Shown here: positions 30,571-39,904 of the stretch, piece by piece | How positions within the stretch are numbered: position 1 is the stretch's first letter | Layout of the letters: every line of letters begins with the position of its first letter | The notes under the pieces: model-generated | What the model was told of the DNA's origin: nothing | The model's database searches: none | The model's input: only the letters and a program-made list of their open reading frames with translations | DNA from: an uncultured virus (IMG/VR IMGVR_UViG_3300040946_000488) | Lineage: Duplodnaviria; Heunggongvirae; Uroviricota; Caudoviricetes | Length of the DNA stretch: 64,000 nucleotides | Virus record (IMG/VR): IMGVR_UViG_3300040946_000488 | Direction: 5' to 3' (one strand) | Program-made: the position numbers and the translations under genes

Positions 30571-31902
30571 TCAAAAACGGCCGGCCGAGATCTCGTCCCT
30601 CAACAACCTCGTCACCTCCGCGACAGGATCCGCCGCAGACAAGATCTGGCGGCCCATGACCAGGTGGGTGGCCCCGGCCTTCCTGGCTTCCTCCGGCGTG
30701 GCCACCCTCTTCTGATCGTCGGTAGACACCCCGGGCGACCGGACGCCCGGGGTCACGAAGAGCATCTTGCGGTCCCACGGCATGGAGGACAGCATCCCCA
30801 CCTCCTCTGGCGAGCAGACGAATCCGTCCACCCCGGCCGAGTGGGCCAGCTTGGCCAATGAGATGACCTGGTCCATCGGCAAGCGATTGTAGATTTCCTG
30901 GCAGTCATCCTTGCCGAGGGAGGTGAGCAGGGTGACGGCCAGCACTTTCGTCCCGGCATCCCGTAACTGGTTGACTACGGCATTCATCATCTGGAAGCCG
31001 CCGGAGGCATGGACGGTCACGGCCCATGGAGGGCGATGAGCCATGCGCTTGCAGGCATTGGCCACCGTGGCGGGGATGTCATGTCCCTTGAGATCGATCA
31101 TGACCCGGCCGTACACCGAGAGATTGGGCAAGATCCAATCCAGGCCCTCGGCCAGCATCAGGTCGTTGACCTTGAGGATGCAGCCCGAGGTCCTGATCTT
31201 GTCCAGGAACGGCAAGATCTCGTCCCAGTCCTTGCCATCCAGGGCCAGGATGATGGGATTGCCTTCTTCCGCCGCTGGATCGCAGCGCCTCATGAGCTTG
31301 TTCTCGATGGCGTGCTTCCGGATGTCGTGCAGGGTCATGGCAGACCACACCATGCACTGCGCCTCCTCCAACAAGTGCCCGATCTTGTCTCTCCAGCCCT
31401 GCTGGCGATCCACGAGGACCACCAGGGCAATCAATTCGGCCCCTGCCTGGCGGACGGCCTCGATGGCCGCGATCTTGGAAGCCCCGTCCGTGATCACGTC
31501 GTCGATGATCGCCACCCGCTCGCCCGCCTTCAAATCCCCGATGATCGTGCCCTTCACGACCCTGCCCGGCTTCGCCTCCTCCCTGACGGTGACGATGGGG
31601 ATGCCGGTGAGCGAGGAGATGACCCCGGCCAGGGGACTGACAGCCTCCGGCACTTCCACGATCCTGTCGATCTGGCGGATACGGCGCAGGGGATTGGAGT
31701 ACAGGAAGGCCAGCGCCTGGAGCTCACGGGGATGGCTGCGCATCAGGCGGAGGTTGACGTAAATGTCGGTGGTGCCGCCGCTCTTGAGCGGCAGGCTGTG
31801 CAGATTGTCGAACTTCAGCAGATCGTTGTCGGCCAGCCTCTCGATCGCAGCCTCCTGCTCGCAGGGCGACAGCCAGTGTCCCAGTCTATCGTTCGTGCTC
31901 AT
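30571..31902 (-). CDS. pyrE: bifunctional orotate phosphoribosyltransferase / OMP decarboxylase (PyrE-PyrF fusion)
   Basis: LKSG..YVNLR, AIIDDVITDGAS; DLKGHDIPATV, VTVHASGG, TPGVR, DDQKR, VMGRQI. Confidence 0.95.
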   Translation of the reverse strand: MSTNDRLGHWLSPCEQEAAIERLADNDLLKFDNLHSLPLKSGGTTDIYVNLRLMRSHPRELQALAFLYSNPLRRIRQIDRIVEVPEAVSPLAGVISSLTGIPIVTVREEAKPGRVVKGTIIGDLKAGERVAIIDDVITDGASKIAAIEAVRQAGAELIALVVLVDRQQGWRDKIGHLLEEAQCMVWSAMTLHDIRKHAIENKLMRRCDPAAEEGNPIILALDGKDWDEILPFLDKIRTSGCILKVNDLMLAEGLDWILPNLSVYGRVMIDLKGHDIPATVANACKRMAHRPPWAVTVHASGGFQMMNAVVNQLRDAGTKVLAVTLLTSLGKDDCQEIYNRLPMDQVISLAKLAHSAGVDGFVCSPEEVGMLSSMPWDRKMLFVTPGVRSPGVSTDDQKRVATPEEARKAGATHLVMGRQILSAADPVAEVTRLLRDEISAGRF

Positions 31903-31942
31903 GTCGTTGGGTTCCTTTCGTCGATGCCTTGTTTTTCCTATT

Positions 31943-32308
31943 TCACAGATCTTCGATGTGTCGTCGCTCGCAAATCTTCCTCTTCCGTTCCGAGAGAAAC
32001 TCTCCGGCGGGCAAGGTGACATAGCACTTGGAGCAGCATACATGCACGTCCGGTCCCCTCCTCTCCTGGATGGCCCTGATGTAGTTCACCAGGTTGAGCA
32101 TCAAGTTCTCCTTGATGTCGGGGTGCAGGTGAGGGTTCTCCCGGATCTTGCGGGCTATGTGCCGGCAATCGTCCAGGGTGGATGCTGCCTTGATCGCGTG
32201 GCAGAAACGCGAATCCAGCATGCTGATGCCGTAAGGAGTGTAGGCTGCGCAGGTGAACAGTCCCTGCTGCGGTGCTTGATCGACATACAGGTTCGGGTTG
32301 ATCATCAT
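31943..32308 (-). CDS. hypothetical protein
   Basis: Coupled ORF; CSKC. Confidence 0.55.
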   Translation of the reverse strand: MMINPNLYVDQAPQQGLFTCAAYTPYGISMLDSRFCHAIKAASTLDDCRHIARKIRENPHLHPDIKENLMLNLVNYIRAIQERRGPDVHVCCSKCYVTLPAGEFLSERKRKICERRHIEDL

Positions 32309-32465
32309 CCACCAGAATTCTTGTGATTCCTGACCTGCAATTCCATCAAGAGCTTTGCCTCCAGATCGCTCAATTCCCAATGACTGTCCTCGCCCCTGGC
32401 CACGGGCGGAACGGCTTCGAGGCACATCCTGGTAGAACTTCTTTGTTCCATGCCTATCGGCTTCC

Positions 32466-32494
32466 TTGACAAAGCGTTTGCGTCATGCTAGTTT
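32466..32494 (+). promoter_or_regulatory. inward promoter in left TIR for transposase
   Basis: TTGACA-17-TAGTTT with extended TG. Confidence 0.6.
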
Positions 32495-32501
32495 CTGACA
32501 C

Positions 32502-33563
32502 ATGGACCCACGCGGCTTCCCGACCAGCATCCCCGAGTTTCAGCGCGTTTTCCCCGATGACGCAGCCTGCGCCAAGTACCTCGAAGCGGTGCGCTGGCCC
32601 GACGGTTTCACCTGCCCAAAGTGCGGCGTGGTAGGCGAGCCCTACCGCTTCGCAACGCGCAAGTCTGTGGTGCTGCGCTGCCGGCCCTGCCAGGTCAACA
32701 CGTCGCTGACGGCTGGGACCGTCATGCAGGGCACGCACACTCCGCTGTCGACGTGGTTTTGGGGAGCGTACCTCGTAACCACGCAGACGCCCGGCATGTC
32801 GGCCTTGCAGTTTCAGCGGCAGCTCGGCCTGGGTTGCTACGAGACGGCCTTTCAGATCCTCCACAAGCTGCGGGCGGGCATGGTCCGCTCCGGCCGGGAC
32901 ACCATAGGCGGCGAGTATCCCGTTGAGGTGGACGAGTGCTACATCGGCGGGCGCACGCAGGGTGAGGGGCGAGGTGTCCACCATCAGACCACCGTTGTTG
33001 GGGCGGTCGAGGTCCGCACGCGCAGGGACGCCGAAGAGCGCACCGCGAAATGGAAGGAATCGCACGAGGGCGGCATTCCCACGAAGAAGCTGATCTATGC
33101 GGGCAGGCTGCGCCTGAAAGTCGTCTCTGGCATCCCGTCCAAGCTGGAAATGCTGGCCAATCCACTGACCACCGGACGCGGCGCCGAGCAGCTTTGCGGA
33201 TTCATCCAGGGCAACGTGTCGCCGGGGTCCACCGTCCGCACCGACGGCTGGGTTGGCTACAAAGACCTGCCCCAACTTAGCTACACCCACGAACCTCTGA
33301 CCATCAATGGCGACTCCGAGAAGTGCGAAGCCCACATGCCCATGATCCACCTGGTTTTCAGCAACCTGAAGACCTGGATCTTGGGGACGCATCATGGTGT
33401 TTCTCCTCAGCATTTGCAGGCTTACCTCGACGAGTACACTTTCCGCTTCAACCGGCGCTTTTACCCGATGACGGCTTTCCATTCGGTGCTTGGTCTCGCC
33501 GTGAAGACTGTGCCACCGACCTACGCCCAGCTTTACTCGGGGGAATGGACTCGCGCGGCGTAG
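32502..33563 (+). CDS. IS1595-family DDE transposase
   Basis: RWPDGFTCPKC...CRPC Zn ribbon; VEVDECYIGG, TDGW, YLDEYTFRFNRR. Confidence 0.95.
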   Translation: MDPRGFPTSIPEFQRVFPDDAACAKYLEAVRWPDGFTCPKCGVVGEPYRFATRKSVVLRCRPCQVNTSLTAGTVMQGTHTPLSTWFWGAYLVTTQTPGMSALQFQRQLGLGCYETAFQILHKLRAGMVRSGRDTIGGEYPVEVDECYIGGRTQGEGRGVHHQTTVVGAVEVRTRRDAEERTAKWKESHEGGIPTKKLIYAGRLRLKVVSGIPSKLEMLANPLTTGRGAEQLCGFIQGNVSPGSTVRTDGWVGYKDLPQLSYTHEPLTINGDSEKCEAHMPMIHLVFSNLKTWILGTHHGVSPQHLQAYLDEYTFRFNRRFYPMTAFHSVLGLAVKTVPPTYAQLYSGEWTRAA

Positions 33564-33658
33564 TGAAGAAATCGTAGTCCTCGGCCAGCACGGCTCGCTT
33601 CTTGTCGAACATGCGCCGCATGCGAACAAGGCGTTGTTGGGGAGTCATTTGCATATCT

Positions 33659-34516
33659 TTAGTGCCGAAGCTGGACTTTTAACTCATTTATGAGGCGCAT
33701 CAGCCAGATTTCTTCATATTCGAGGCGTTCCAATACCTGTGGCTCGAAGATACGATTCCGCATTTCCGGAACGATATCGATCTGCTTGAACCGCTCGACT
33801 GCGAAGCCCTCTTCCTTAAAGAAAGAAGTTGCAGCTTCCCAGTCAATGAATGCGTCTTCCGCAATGCTGCGCCCCGTCACTTCGGTTACCCGTTTCAACG
33901 TGCTTGCTTGCTTCGTTTCGGGATAGAAACGCTCAAACGACTCCCTAATCACTACGTCGGACGTGATCCACGCTCCACCAAAGACTTTTAGCAGACTGCG
34001 GATATTTCCCGCGAACTGCTTACGTTCGGACATGGTGAGGAATTGAAGCAGTCCTTCATGTACGACCGTTATCGGTTCTCGCTTTAACAACCCGGCTGCA
34101 TTCCAGACTTCTTCGGTCTGTAGCACGTTTGCGGGATGCAGATGGTAATTAGCTCTTTCAGGAAGCGGGATGAGTGCCTTGACGATCAATCGCTTCTCCT
34201 CAAGTAATTCCGGAAGATCGGTTTCGACGATCAGCATTGACGGGTCTTCTGAGAGGATGAGGCCGCGCGGCGCAACTCCCCCGGCAAACTCTAATACTTG
34301 TCGGCAACCGAGACGATGGATAAACGTGTTCAGGGATTTGAAACGCAGCTCTATGTATGCTCGGTGGTTTGCAATAAAGCCGGGGTTGAACGTGCGAGAA
34401 ACTTCTTCGGCATCACACATGTCGGCGATTTGACGGCAGTAAGGGATGTCGGTCTCGGCGCGAAGAAAGGCGGCGAGCTTGGCCGTGGGACTGATGCGGG
34501 CGTGATGAATAGTCAC
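33659..34516 (-). CDS. passenger class I SAM-dependent methyltransferase (LCM-like)
   Basis: ISPTA, QVLEFAGG, ETDLP, HEGLLQFL; low GC. Confidence 0.8.
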   Translation of the reverse strand: MTIHHARISPTAKLAAFLRAETDIPYCRQIADMCDAEEVSRTFNPGFIANHRAYIELRFKSLNTFIHRLGCRQVLEFAGGVAPRGLILSEDPSMLIVETDLPELLEEKRLIVKALIPLPERANYHLHPANVLQTEEVWNAAGLLKREPITVVHEGLLQFLTMSERKQFAGNIRSLLKVFGGAWITSDVVIRESFERFYPETKQASTLKRVTEVTGRSIAEDAFIDWEAATSFFKEEGFAVERFKQIDIVPEMRNRIFEPQVLERLEYEEIWLMRLINELKVQLRH

Positions 34517-34680
34517 AATCCTCCTAAGAAGGTGGTGGTAGGGCCATGACGCGGAGCCATATCACGCACCAGCTTTCTTGTCAATCAACCCGATAGGCAT
34601 GCTTTGTTCCATGATCCTCCCGACGTTATTCCGGAAGGCCAGGGAGCGCACGAGAGTCTTGATCTCATCGTCCGTCAGGT

Positions 34681-35394
34681 TCATGACCTCGCCTTTCCTT
34701 TCGTCGAGGAACGTCTCGGTTCCGCCAGGGCATGCGCCTCTTGCTCGCCGGCCGCGGCCAATCCGGCCAGCAGCAAGGGATTGGCGCCGATGGCGTCCAG
34801 CTTGGCTCCAACCTCATTCCCGTCCGGGCCTAGCAGATTGGCCAGCATCTTGCCGAGCGAGGTGAGGCCGTCCTTGATGGCACAGAATTTTCTCCATCTG
34901 TCGATCGTGAAGAGGACACTCTCGGAATGGTACATATTGTGGGATTCGGGCCTGCACGGCTTTCCGAACGCCTCGGCGACGGCGATGTGACCGGACTCGT
35001 CGATGTCCACTGGGATCTCAAGCTTCGGCTCATCGAACTTGTTCCTGGCGACCGATATCCGCGCCACGCGAAAATCCAAGCTGATGCTTTTCGTATCCCC
35101 CCCGAACCCAGAGTGTTCTTCCAAGCCCCTCCAGGTGTACTCGATCACGTCTACGAACTCCGTCACGTCGCGGGAGATGAGGAATGACTTGGCAGCCGCC
35201 TTGGCTTCCGCCAGCGTCGGGGCCTCGAACAATTCCTGATGCACCCTCAGGCGATTGGGATCGATCTCCTCGCCCGGGCCGCCGGGCACCAGGATCACGA
35301 ACAGATCTCTCTCCATGTCCAGCCGGACGTCGAGATCGTACTCGGCCAGGACCGTGGTGACCTTGAACTTCCCGATCTTCTTTCCGTGGCTCAT
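34681..35394 (-). CDS. hypothetical protein
   Basis: High GC3; ATGA overlaps. Confidence 0.65.
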   Translation of the reverse strand: MSHGKKIGKFKVTTVLAEYDLDVRLDMERDLFVILVPGGPGEEIDPNRLRVHQELFEAPTLAEAKAAAKSFLISRDVTEFVDVIEYTWRGLEEHSGFGGDTKSISLDFRVARISVARNKFDEPKLEIPVDIDESGHIAVAEAFGKPCRPESHNMYHSESVLFTIDRWRKFCAIKDGLTSLGKMLANLLGPDGNEVGAKLDAIGANPLLLAGLAAAGEQEAHALAEPRRSSTKGKARS

Positions 35395-35677
35395 CCTTCG
35401 CTCCTTGGCTTGCCAGGATCTTCCCACCAGGCCTGCAAGATCAGGTACGTCTTGCTGGCCTGCCATCTTCTCGTCAATCCCTGGGTACAGTAGTCGATCA
35501 TCCCGAAGAACACGCATGAGGCTATCACGATCGTCAACAGTGGCCATAAGACAGCCATCGACGATGCGGTCCCAAAATCCGTCTTGAATCTCGTCCTGCG
35601 ATTCACTTCCCGGAGCAGCATGAAGTGGATGGCAGCGACCGCCAGGTACGAACCCCCGATCATCCAATTTTGCATCG

Positions 35678-36247
35678 TCATCTTCCCCATCCCCTCATCA
35701 AGAGTTCCATGGCTTCCCGATTTCCTGGTATCCGGTGGAAACCATACAGCAAGAAGGAGGTGGCCGGGCCAATCCACGCGAAGATCGCCATCCACCTCAC
35801 GATAGACGGCCCGAACTTGAGATGATCCCTTCCCTCGAAGACGAGGTTCCATCCTACCTTGTAGCCATCCAGGAAGGGCACGGGCAGCATGTTGACGAAG
35901 TTGAAGATGACGACCTGCACGGCGGCTGCCGCCAAGATCGGGAGCCGGCACGCGAGGTACAGTCCCCCGAACAGCAGGGCCAGGCTCATTCCCGCGATGG
36001 GCCCCATGGCGGCTACGAAGGCCATGGGCCGGCCCCTCAGCCGGGCACCAGGCAAGACGACCGCACCAATCGGGAGGAGGACGATGGATTTCACGTTGCC
36101 CCCGAGATGCCAGACGGCCCACACGTGCCCTGCCTCATGCGCCGCCATCACCAACAACGAGAAGATGGCAAAGTCCAGCGACCAGAGCCATGCCCAGGAG
36201 GCCAGGGACAATATCCCCAGCAGCATGATGAGGGGCTTGCGTCTCAT
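35678..36247 (-). CDS. site-2 protease family (M50) membrane metallopeptidase
   Basis: HEAGH, AMGP, NMLPVPFLDG. Confidence 0.85.
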   Translation of the reverse strand: MRRKPLIMLLGILSLASWAWLWSLDFAIFSLLVMAAHEAGHVWAVWHLGGNVKSIVLLPIGAVVLPGARLRGRPMAFVAAMGPIAGMSLALLFGGLYLACRLPILAAAAVQVVIFNFVNMLPVPFLDGYKVGWNLVFEGRDHLKFGPSIVRWMAIFAWIGPATSFLLYGFHRIPGNREAMELLMRGWGR

Positions 36248-36263
36248 TGAATTGGCCTTCCCC

Positions 36264-36779
36264 TCAGTTACCCGTGCCCAGTAGTTGGCGATAGCCTGCC
36301 ATCATGGCGGCGATCTGGTTGCGGGCCAGGAGGATGATCGGGATCTTGGGAGGCAGGGAAATGGCCATCTTCGATGCCTTGTCTTGCAGGGCCTGCACGG
36401 TGAGCATGACGGCAGTCACTTCCGCAGGGATCAGCCCGGCGTCTTCCAGCTTCTCCAGATGAGACCTGATCAATTCCCTGCCCAGGGCCGTGCAACTCGC
36501 CATGTCCTCGGGATTGGCCAGCAGCATCTCTTCCACGCAAGCCAGGTTGCCCAGCTTCTCCGTCAGCAGATCCATGGCCATGTCCTGGATCGTGCCGGGA
36601 AGCGCTCCGATCGCCTCCACGGATTCGGCGACGAACTCGGTGATTTCATGGCTGGCCTTGTCCGACAGATCTTCCGGGATCCCAATCTCCCGCATGATCT
36701 CCTTCTCCCTCTCCATGGATCGGATGGACAGTTCATGGATCTTGCGCTCGATGGCTGGATCGATCTTGGGGATAGTCAT
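36264..36779 (-). CDS. hypothetical helical protein
   Basis: GAGGGG RBS, high GC3. Confidence 0.6.
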   Translation of the reverse strand: MTIPKIDPAIERKIHELSIRSMEREKEIMREIGIPEDLSDKASHEITEFVAESVEAIGALPGTIQDMAMDLLTEKLGNLACVEEMLLANPEDMASCTALGRELIRSHLEKLEDAGLIPAEVTAVMLTVQALQDKASKMAISLPPKIPIILLARNQIAAMMAGYRQLLGTGN

Positions 36780-37003
36780 GTGCCCCTCGATTCACGCCTG
36801 TGCTTGTCAGGTCGCGACTTGACGGCCCGGCGTCGTGCCGTGATGAACGGAGGCTCGCGTTCCTCCCCCTGGGGCTGGGATTCCCATGGAGGTTCCCCCG
36901 GGCCGGCAAGCTGGTTCATGGCCGCCACCATGGCCCCGTCGAAGTCCGCCAGGGTGCCGTCCAGGTCGAAGAGAGCCACGGGCTCGGGTTCGCGAGAATT
37001 CAT
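36776..37003 (-). pseudogene. HAD 5'(3')-deoxyribonucleotidase-like fragment
   Basis: ALFDLDGTLADFD motif I only; 75 aa. Confidence 0.55.
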
Positions 37004-37811
37004 GTATCCCCCGATCCGTCGTCTGGGAACAGGTAATCCCGTGCCTTCTTCCAGGCCGCAGTGAATCCTGCGTCGATGTGATGCTTCCCCTCGCCGGTGC
37101 AGAGGGAGCCCCGCGAGGCAGACATGACCATCTCGCGCAACAGCGACTCGGCGAGAGTGCCGGCTGGCTCCTTTTCCTTCATCCCGGCACTGGCCACCAT
37201 GGCCTGCGCAGCCTCCCCGAACGAGCACCTGAAGATGGAAGACACTTCTTCCTGATCCAGCCAGAGGCCGGTCGCCTGGTGGAGCACGAACAGCTTCTTG
37301 GCCAAGAGATCTAGGTCGACCGGCCCTGCCGTGGCACAGTAAGGCTCGGCCCGGTTCTCGAAATCGGCGTCCGTCACGTTCCCCAAGGCATGAGCGAGTT
37401 GCAGTCCCAGGAACTCGCGCAACCTCCTGAAGCCCTCGATCGTCTCGCCGAGGACATCGCGTGAGATCGCCGGAGATCCGGACTTCTCGGTCACCTGGAT
37501 CCCCCGGCCTGTGCGGCCATCCCCTGGAAATTGGGGCACGCCATGGCGGCATACTTCATCGCGTCCTCGAAGGAGGGAGCCGTGTACTTGGTGTTCGTGG
37601 CGAAGCTCCGGTGCTCCACCACGTCGACGTATTCACTCAAGGGATTTGCCTGGAAGCGACAGTAGTCGGTCTTGCCACTGGAGAAGGCCGATATGCCGAT
37701 GCAGGTCACCACCAGCCCGATCAAGAGGGTCAAGGCTGCGGTGACTATGGTGTTCCAGATCTTCTCGAAGTCCATGTGATTCCTCCGCGTGAGAGTGACG
37801 TGATTACCGTC

Positions 37812-38534
37812 TCAGCCTGCCATCTCCCGTTCCTCCAGGATGGCCTTGCCGTATAATTTCTGGAGGATGCCGATAGCCTCGGATTCGAGCTGGCGGATCC
37901 TCTCCCGGCTCAGCCTCAACGGTTTCCCGATCTGAGAAAGCGTCATGGGCTCGCACCCCAGCCCCCAGTGTTTCTTCAACACATCTTGGTGCAGGGGTTT
38001 GAGCCGATCGATGAATCCCTGGAGTTGCTGGATCTCCTCCATCTTCATGACCATCTCTTCGGCTGCTGGTAGCAGGCACGGTGGTTCCGTGAGAGATTCC
38101 TTCAAGAGGTGCTTGATCCTGGAGACCTGGGACTCGTCGATCTTGAGGGAAGACCTGGGATTGGTGACGGCCAGGATCACGTCAGGAAAGAGATCTGAGG
38201 GCAGGCACGCGAAATAATCGGCCAGCGGCAAGATGCATTTCTTCCAGCCTGTCTTCGGAGGGAATGCCATGCCGGTCACGGCCTCCGTGATCGCATGCTT
38301 CCGACACAAGGGTCCCTTGCTGAAAACAGCTCCATTATCGCAGTCAGGAATCCTGCAGATCGGAAGCATCCGGATGGGCGACATCCTCAAGCCTTCCAGT
38401 TCTGAGTAGATGCCATGACTGATGCCTGCTTCCTGGGCAAGTTCCTTCTGGGTCAGGCCTAGCTTGAGCCTACGCTCCTTCAAGAGGTTGTTCTTGAGGG
38501 TGACGTTGATCTCGAATTCCTTGATCTTGGCCAT
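37812..38534 (-). CDS. XRE HTH plus sigma70 region-4 protein
   Basis: GLTQKELAQEAGIS; MTLSQIG..LRLSRERIRQLESEAI. Confidence 0.85.
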   Translation of the reverse strand: MAKIKEFEINVTLKNNLLKERRLKLGLTQKELAQEAGISHGIYSELEGLRMSPIRMLPICRIPDCDNGAVFSKGPLCRKHAITEAVTGMAFPPKTGWKKCILPLADYFACLPSDLFPDVILAVTNPRSSLKIDESQVSRIKHLLKESLTEPPCLLPAAEEMVMKMEEIQQLQGFIDRLKPLHQDVLKKHWGLGCEPMTLSQIGKPLRLSRERIRQLESEAIGILQKLYGKAILEEREMAG

Positions 38535-38541
38535 GCTTCCC

Positions 38542-39495
38542 TCACCCTCCCGTGCCTTGTGCCTGTCCGCCAACGAGTCCCTTGCCCCCTTCGGGGACTG
38601 CGGGCCTACCACCCCCACCACCTCCACCCTCGCTTCGCTCGCCCTTGCCCCCTTCGGGGACTGCGGGCCTACCACCCCCACCACCTCCACCCTCGCTTCG
38701 CTCGCCCTTGCCCCCTTCGGGGACTGCGGGCCTACCACCCCCACCACCTCCACCCTCGCTTCGCTCGCCCTTGGCGACCTTCGCCCAGGTCTTCCGGTCG
38801 AAGCTCTCCCACACGCTGCCATCCAGTTCGTGTCGGTAGTAGGGAGGACATCCAGTCGATAGTTGGGAGATCGTCGAGACCCATAGTTCCCACAGGTGCA
38901 AGATCTGATCGTCGCGCCAGTCCCATACGCAGATCTGAGAGCGCAGGGCATCCAGCGGAGCCGCCAGCGTGGCATCCCTGTCCGCCAGGCTCTGGTAGAA
39001 ATGCGTCAGCATGCAGTCCTTGTTGTAGGTCTGCCCGGGGATGAAGGACAGCCGGCCGTTGAGCAGGTAGACATCCCCGTGCCCCGCGATGAGATCGCAG
39101 AACCAGTTAGCCCCCACCGCAGCGGGGGTGAGCAGGAGGATGTTCGCCCCCTTGGAGGACTCCAGGACGCAGCGCCTGGCCCAGGTCGCGATGTCGTTGA
39201 ACTCGCAGTTGAGCCAGAGCAGCCCCTTGCTACCATCCTCGCGCTTGAAGAGGGAATCAGACAGCATGGCCCAGGAATGATCGAAGGCATCCATGCCGAA
39301 CGCCTTCGTGTCCAGGGGCATGGGGCCTGCCGGCCCGGTGCAGGGCGCGAAGTAGTTGGGGGACTGGGCATTGCCGGCATGGGCAGCCAGATCGAAGGCG
39401 ATCGGGCCGAACCGCTTGGCCACGGCCGCCATGAAGTCGGCAGGTGTCTTGTAGTCCTGCTTGCTGTCCGATCCGGTGGAGATGCGGGCGCCCAT
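38542..39495 (-). CDS. phage N6-adenine methyltransferase-like (phage Dam family) with 3-unit element tail
   Basis: QDYKTP, FDLAA, WLNCEF in place of NPPF, NWF, GRLSF. Confidence 0.75.
   Translation of the reverse strand: MGARISTGSDSKQDYKTPADFMAAVAKRFGPIAFDLAAHAGNAQSPNYFAPCTGPAGPMPLDTKAFGMDAFDHSWAMLSDSLFKREDGSKGLLWLNCEFNDIATWARRCVLESSKGANILLLTPAAVGANWFCDLIAGHGDVYLLNGRLSFIPGQTYNKDCMLTHFYQSLADRDATLAAPLDALRSQICVWDWRDDQILHLWELWVSTISQLSTGCPPYYRHELDGSVWESFDRKTWAKVAKGERSEGGGGGGGRPAVPEGGKGERSEGGGGGGGRPAVPEGGKGERSEGGGGGGGRPAVPEGGKGLVGGQAQGTGG
38585..38773 (-). repeat. three tandem 63-bp elements (copy D)
   Basis: Exact 63-bp period, preceded by an extra CCCTTG. Confidence 0.95.
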
Positions 39496-39507
39496 CGTGA
39501 AGACCCT

Positions 39508-39537
39508 ATCCTATGCCGACCCTGAACGAGGTGTCAA
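39508..39537 (-). promoter_or_regulatory. sigma70-type promoter with conserved spacer motif
   Basis: TTGACAcctcgttcag...ggcaTAGGAT (18 bp). Confidence 0.75.
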
Positions 39538-39548
39538 GATCTAACTCG

Positions 39549-39896
39549 TCATGGACGGATCATCTGGAATCTCGGCATGATCTCGCTCATCCTGCGGCCA
39601 GCCATGGCAAGCTGAAGCTCCGGCTGCATGGTGGACGGCACCTCGCGGGCCAGGACCTCGACGATGCGCATGAAGCGGATCGCGTTGAATTCCTTCTCGT
39701 CCCTCGCCACGCCTACCGTAACCCCCTCGTGATCTATGACGAGGAACAAATCGCCTTGCCCATTGGCCGGGAGACCCTCCTGGGCATCCGGGGCCTTGGT
39801 GGCCAGGCGAGCCCCAGCCCGGATCTTGTCCAGCAGCTCGATGAACCCTTTCTCGATCTCATTGAGATCGAGCTGCGCCTTGCCTGGCATTGCCAT
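39549..39896 (-). CDS. hypothetical protein
   Basis: ATG immediately after the cassette TSD; high GC3. Confidence 0.55.
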   Translation of the reverse strand: MAMPGKAQLDLNEIEKGFIELLDKIRAGARLATKAPDAQEGLPANGQGDLFLVIDHEGVTVGVARDEKEFNAIRFMRIVEVLAREVPSTMQPELQLAMAGRRMSEIMPRFQMIRP

Positions 39897-39904
39897 GTCC
39901 CAAC

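Larger units (their letters stand above)
32449..34601. mobile_element. IS1595-family transposon (ISSod11-like ends) with passenger gene
   Basis: 24-bp TIRs (21/24 match) beginning CATGCCTATCGG; perfect 8-bp TSD CTTTGTTC at 32441-32448 and 34602-34609. Confidence 0.95.
32305..34684 (-). pseudogene. 72-aa gene split by the IS1595 insertion
   Basis: Removing the IS and one TSD restores MNLTDDEIK...IMEQ|RSSTRM...KNSGG*, overlapping its neighbours at both ends. Confidence 0.75.

Noticed and set aside
32441..32448. IS target CTTTGTTC equals the promoter spacer motif
   Set aside because: No TTGACA precedes it, and the other TSD (GTCCCAAC) differs; probably chance
33448..33654. Second IS passenger ORF
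   Set aside because: Overlaps the transposase 3' end antisense by over 100 bp and has no motif
38585..38773. CRISPR array
   Set aside because: Units are directly tandem with no unique spacers, and no cas genes are present
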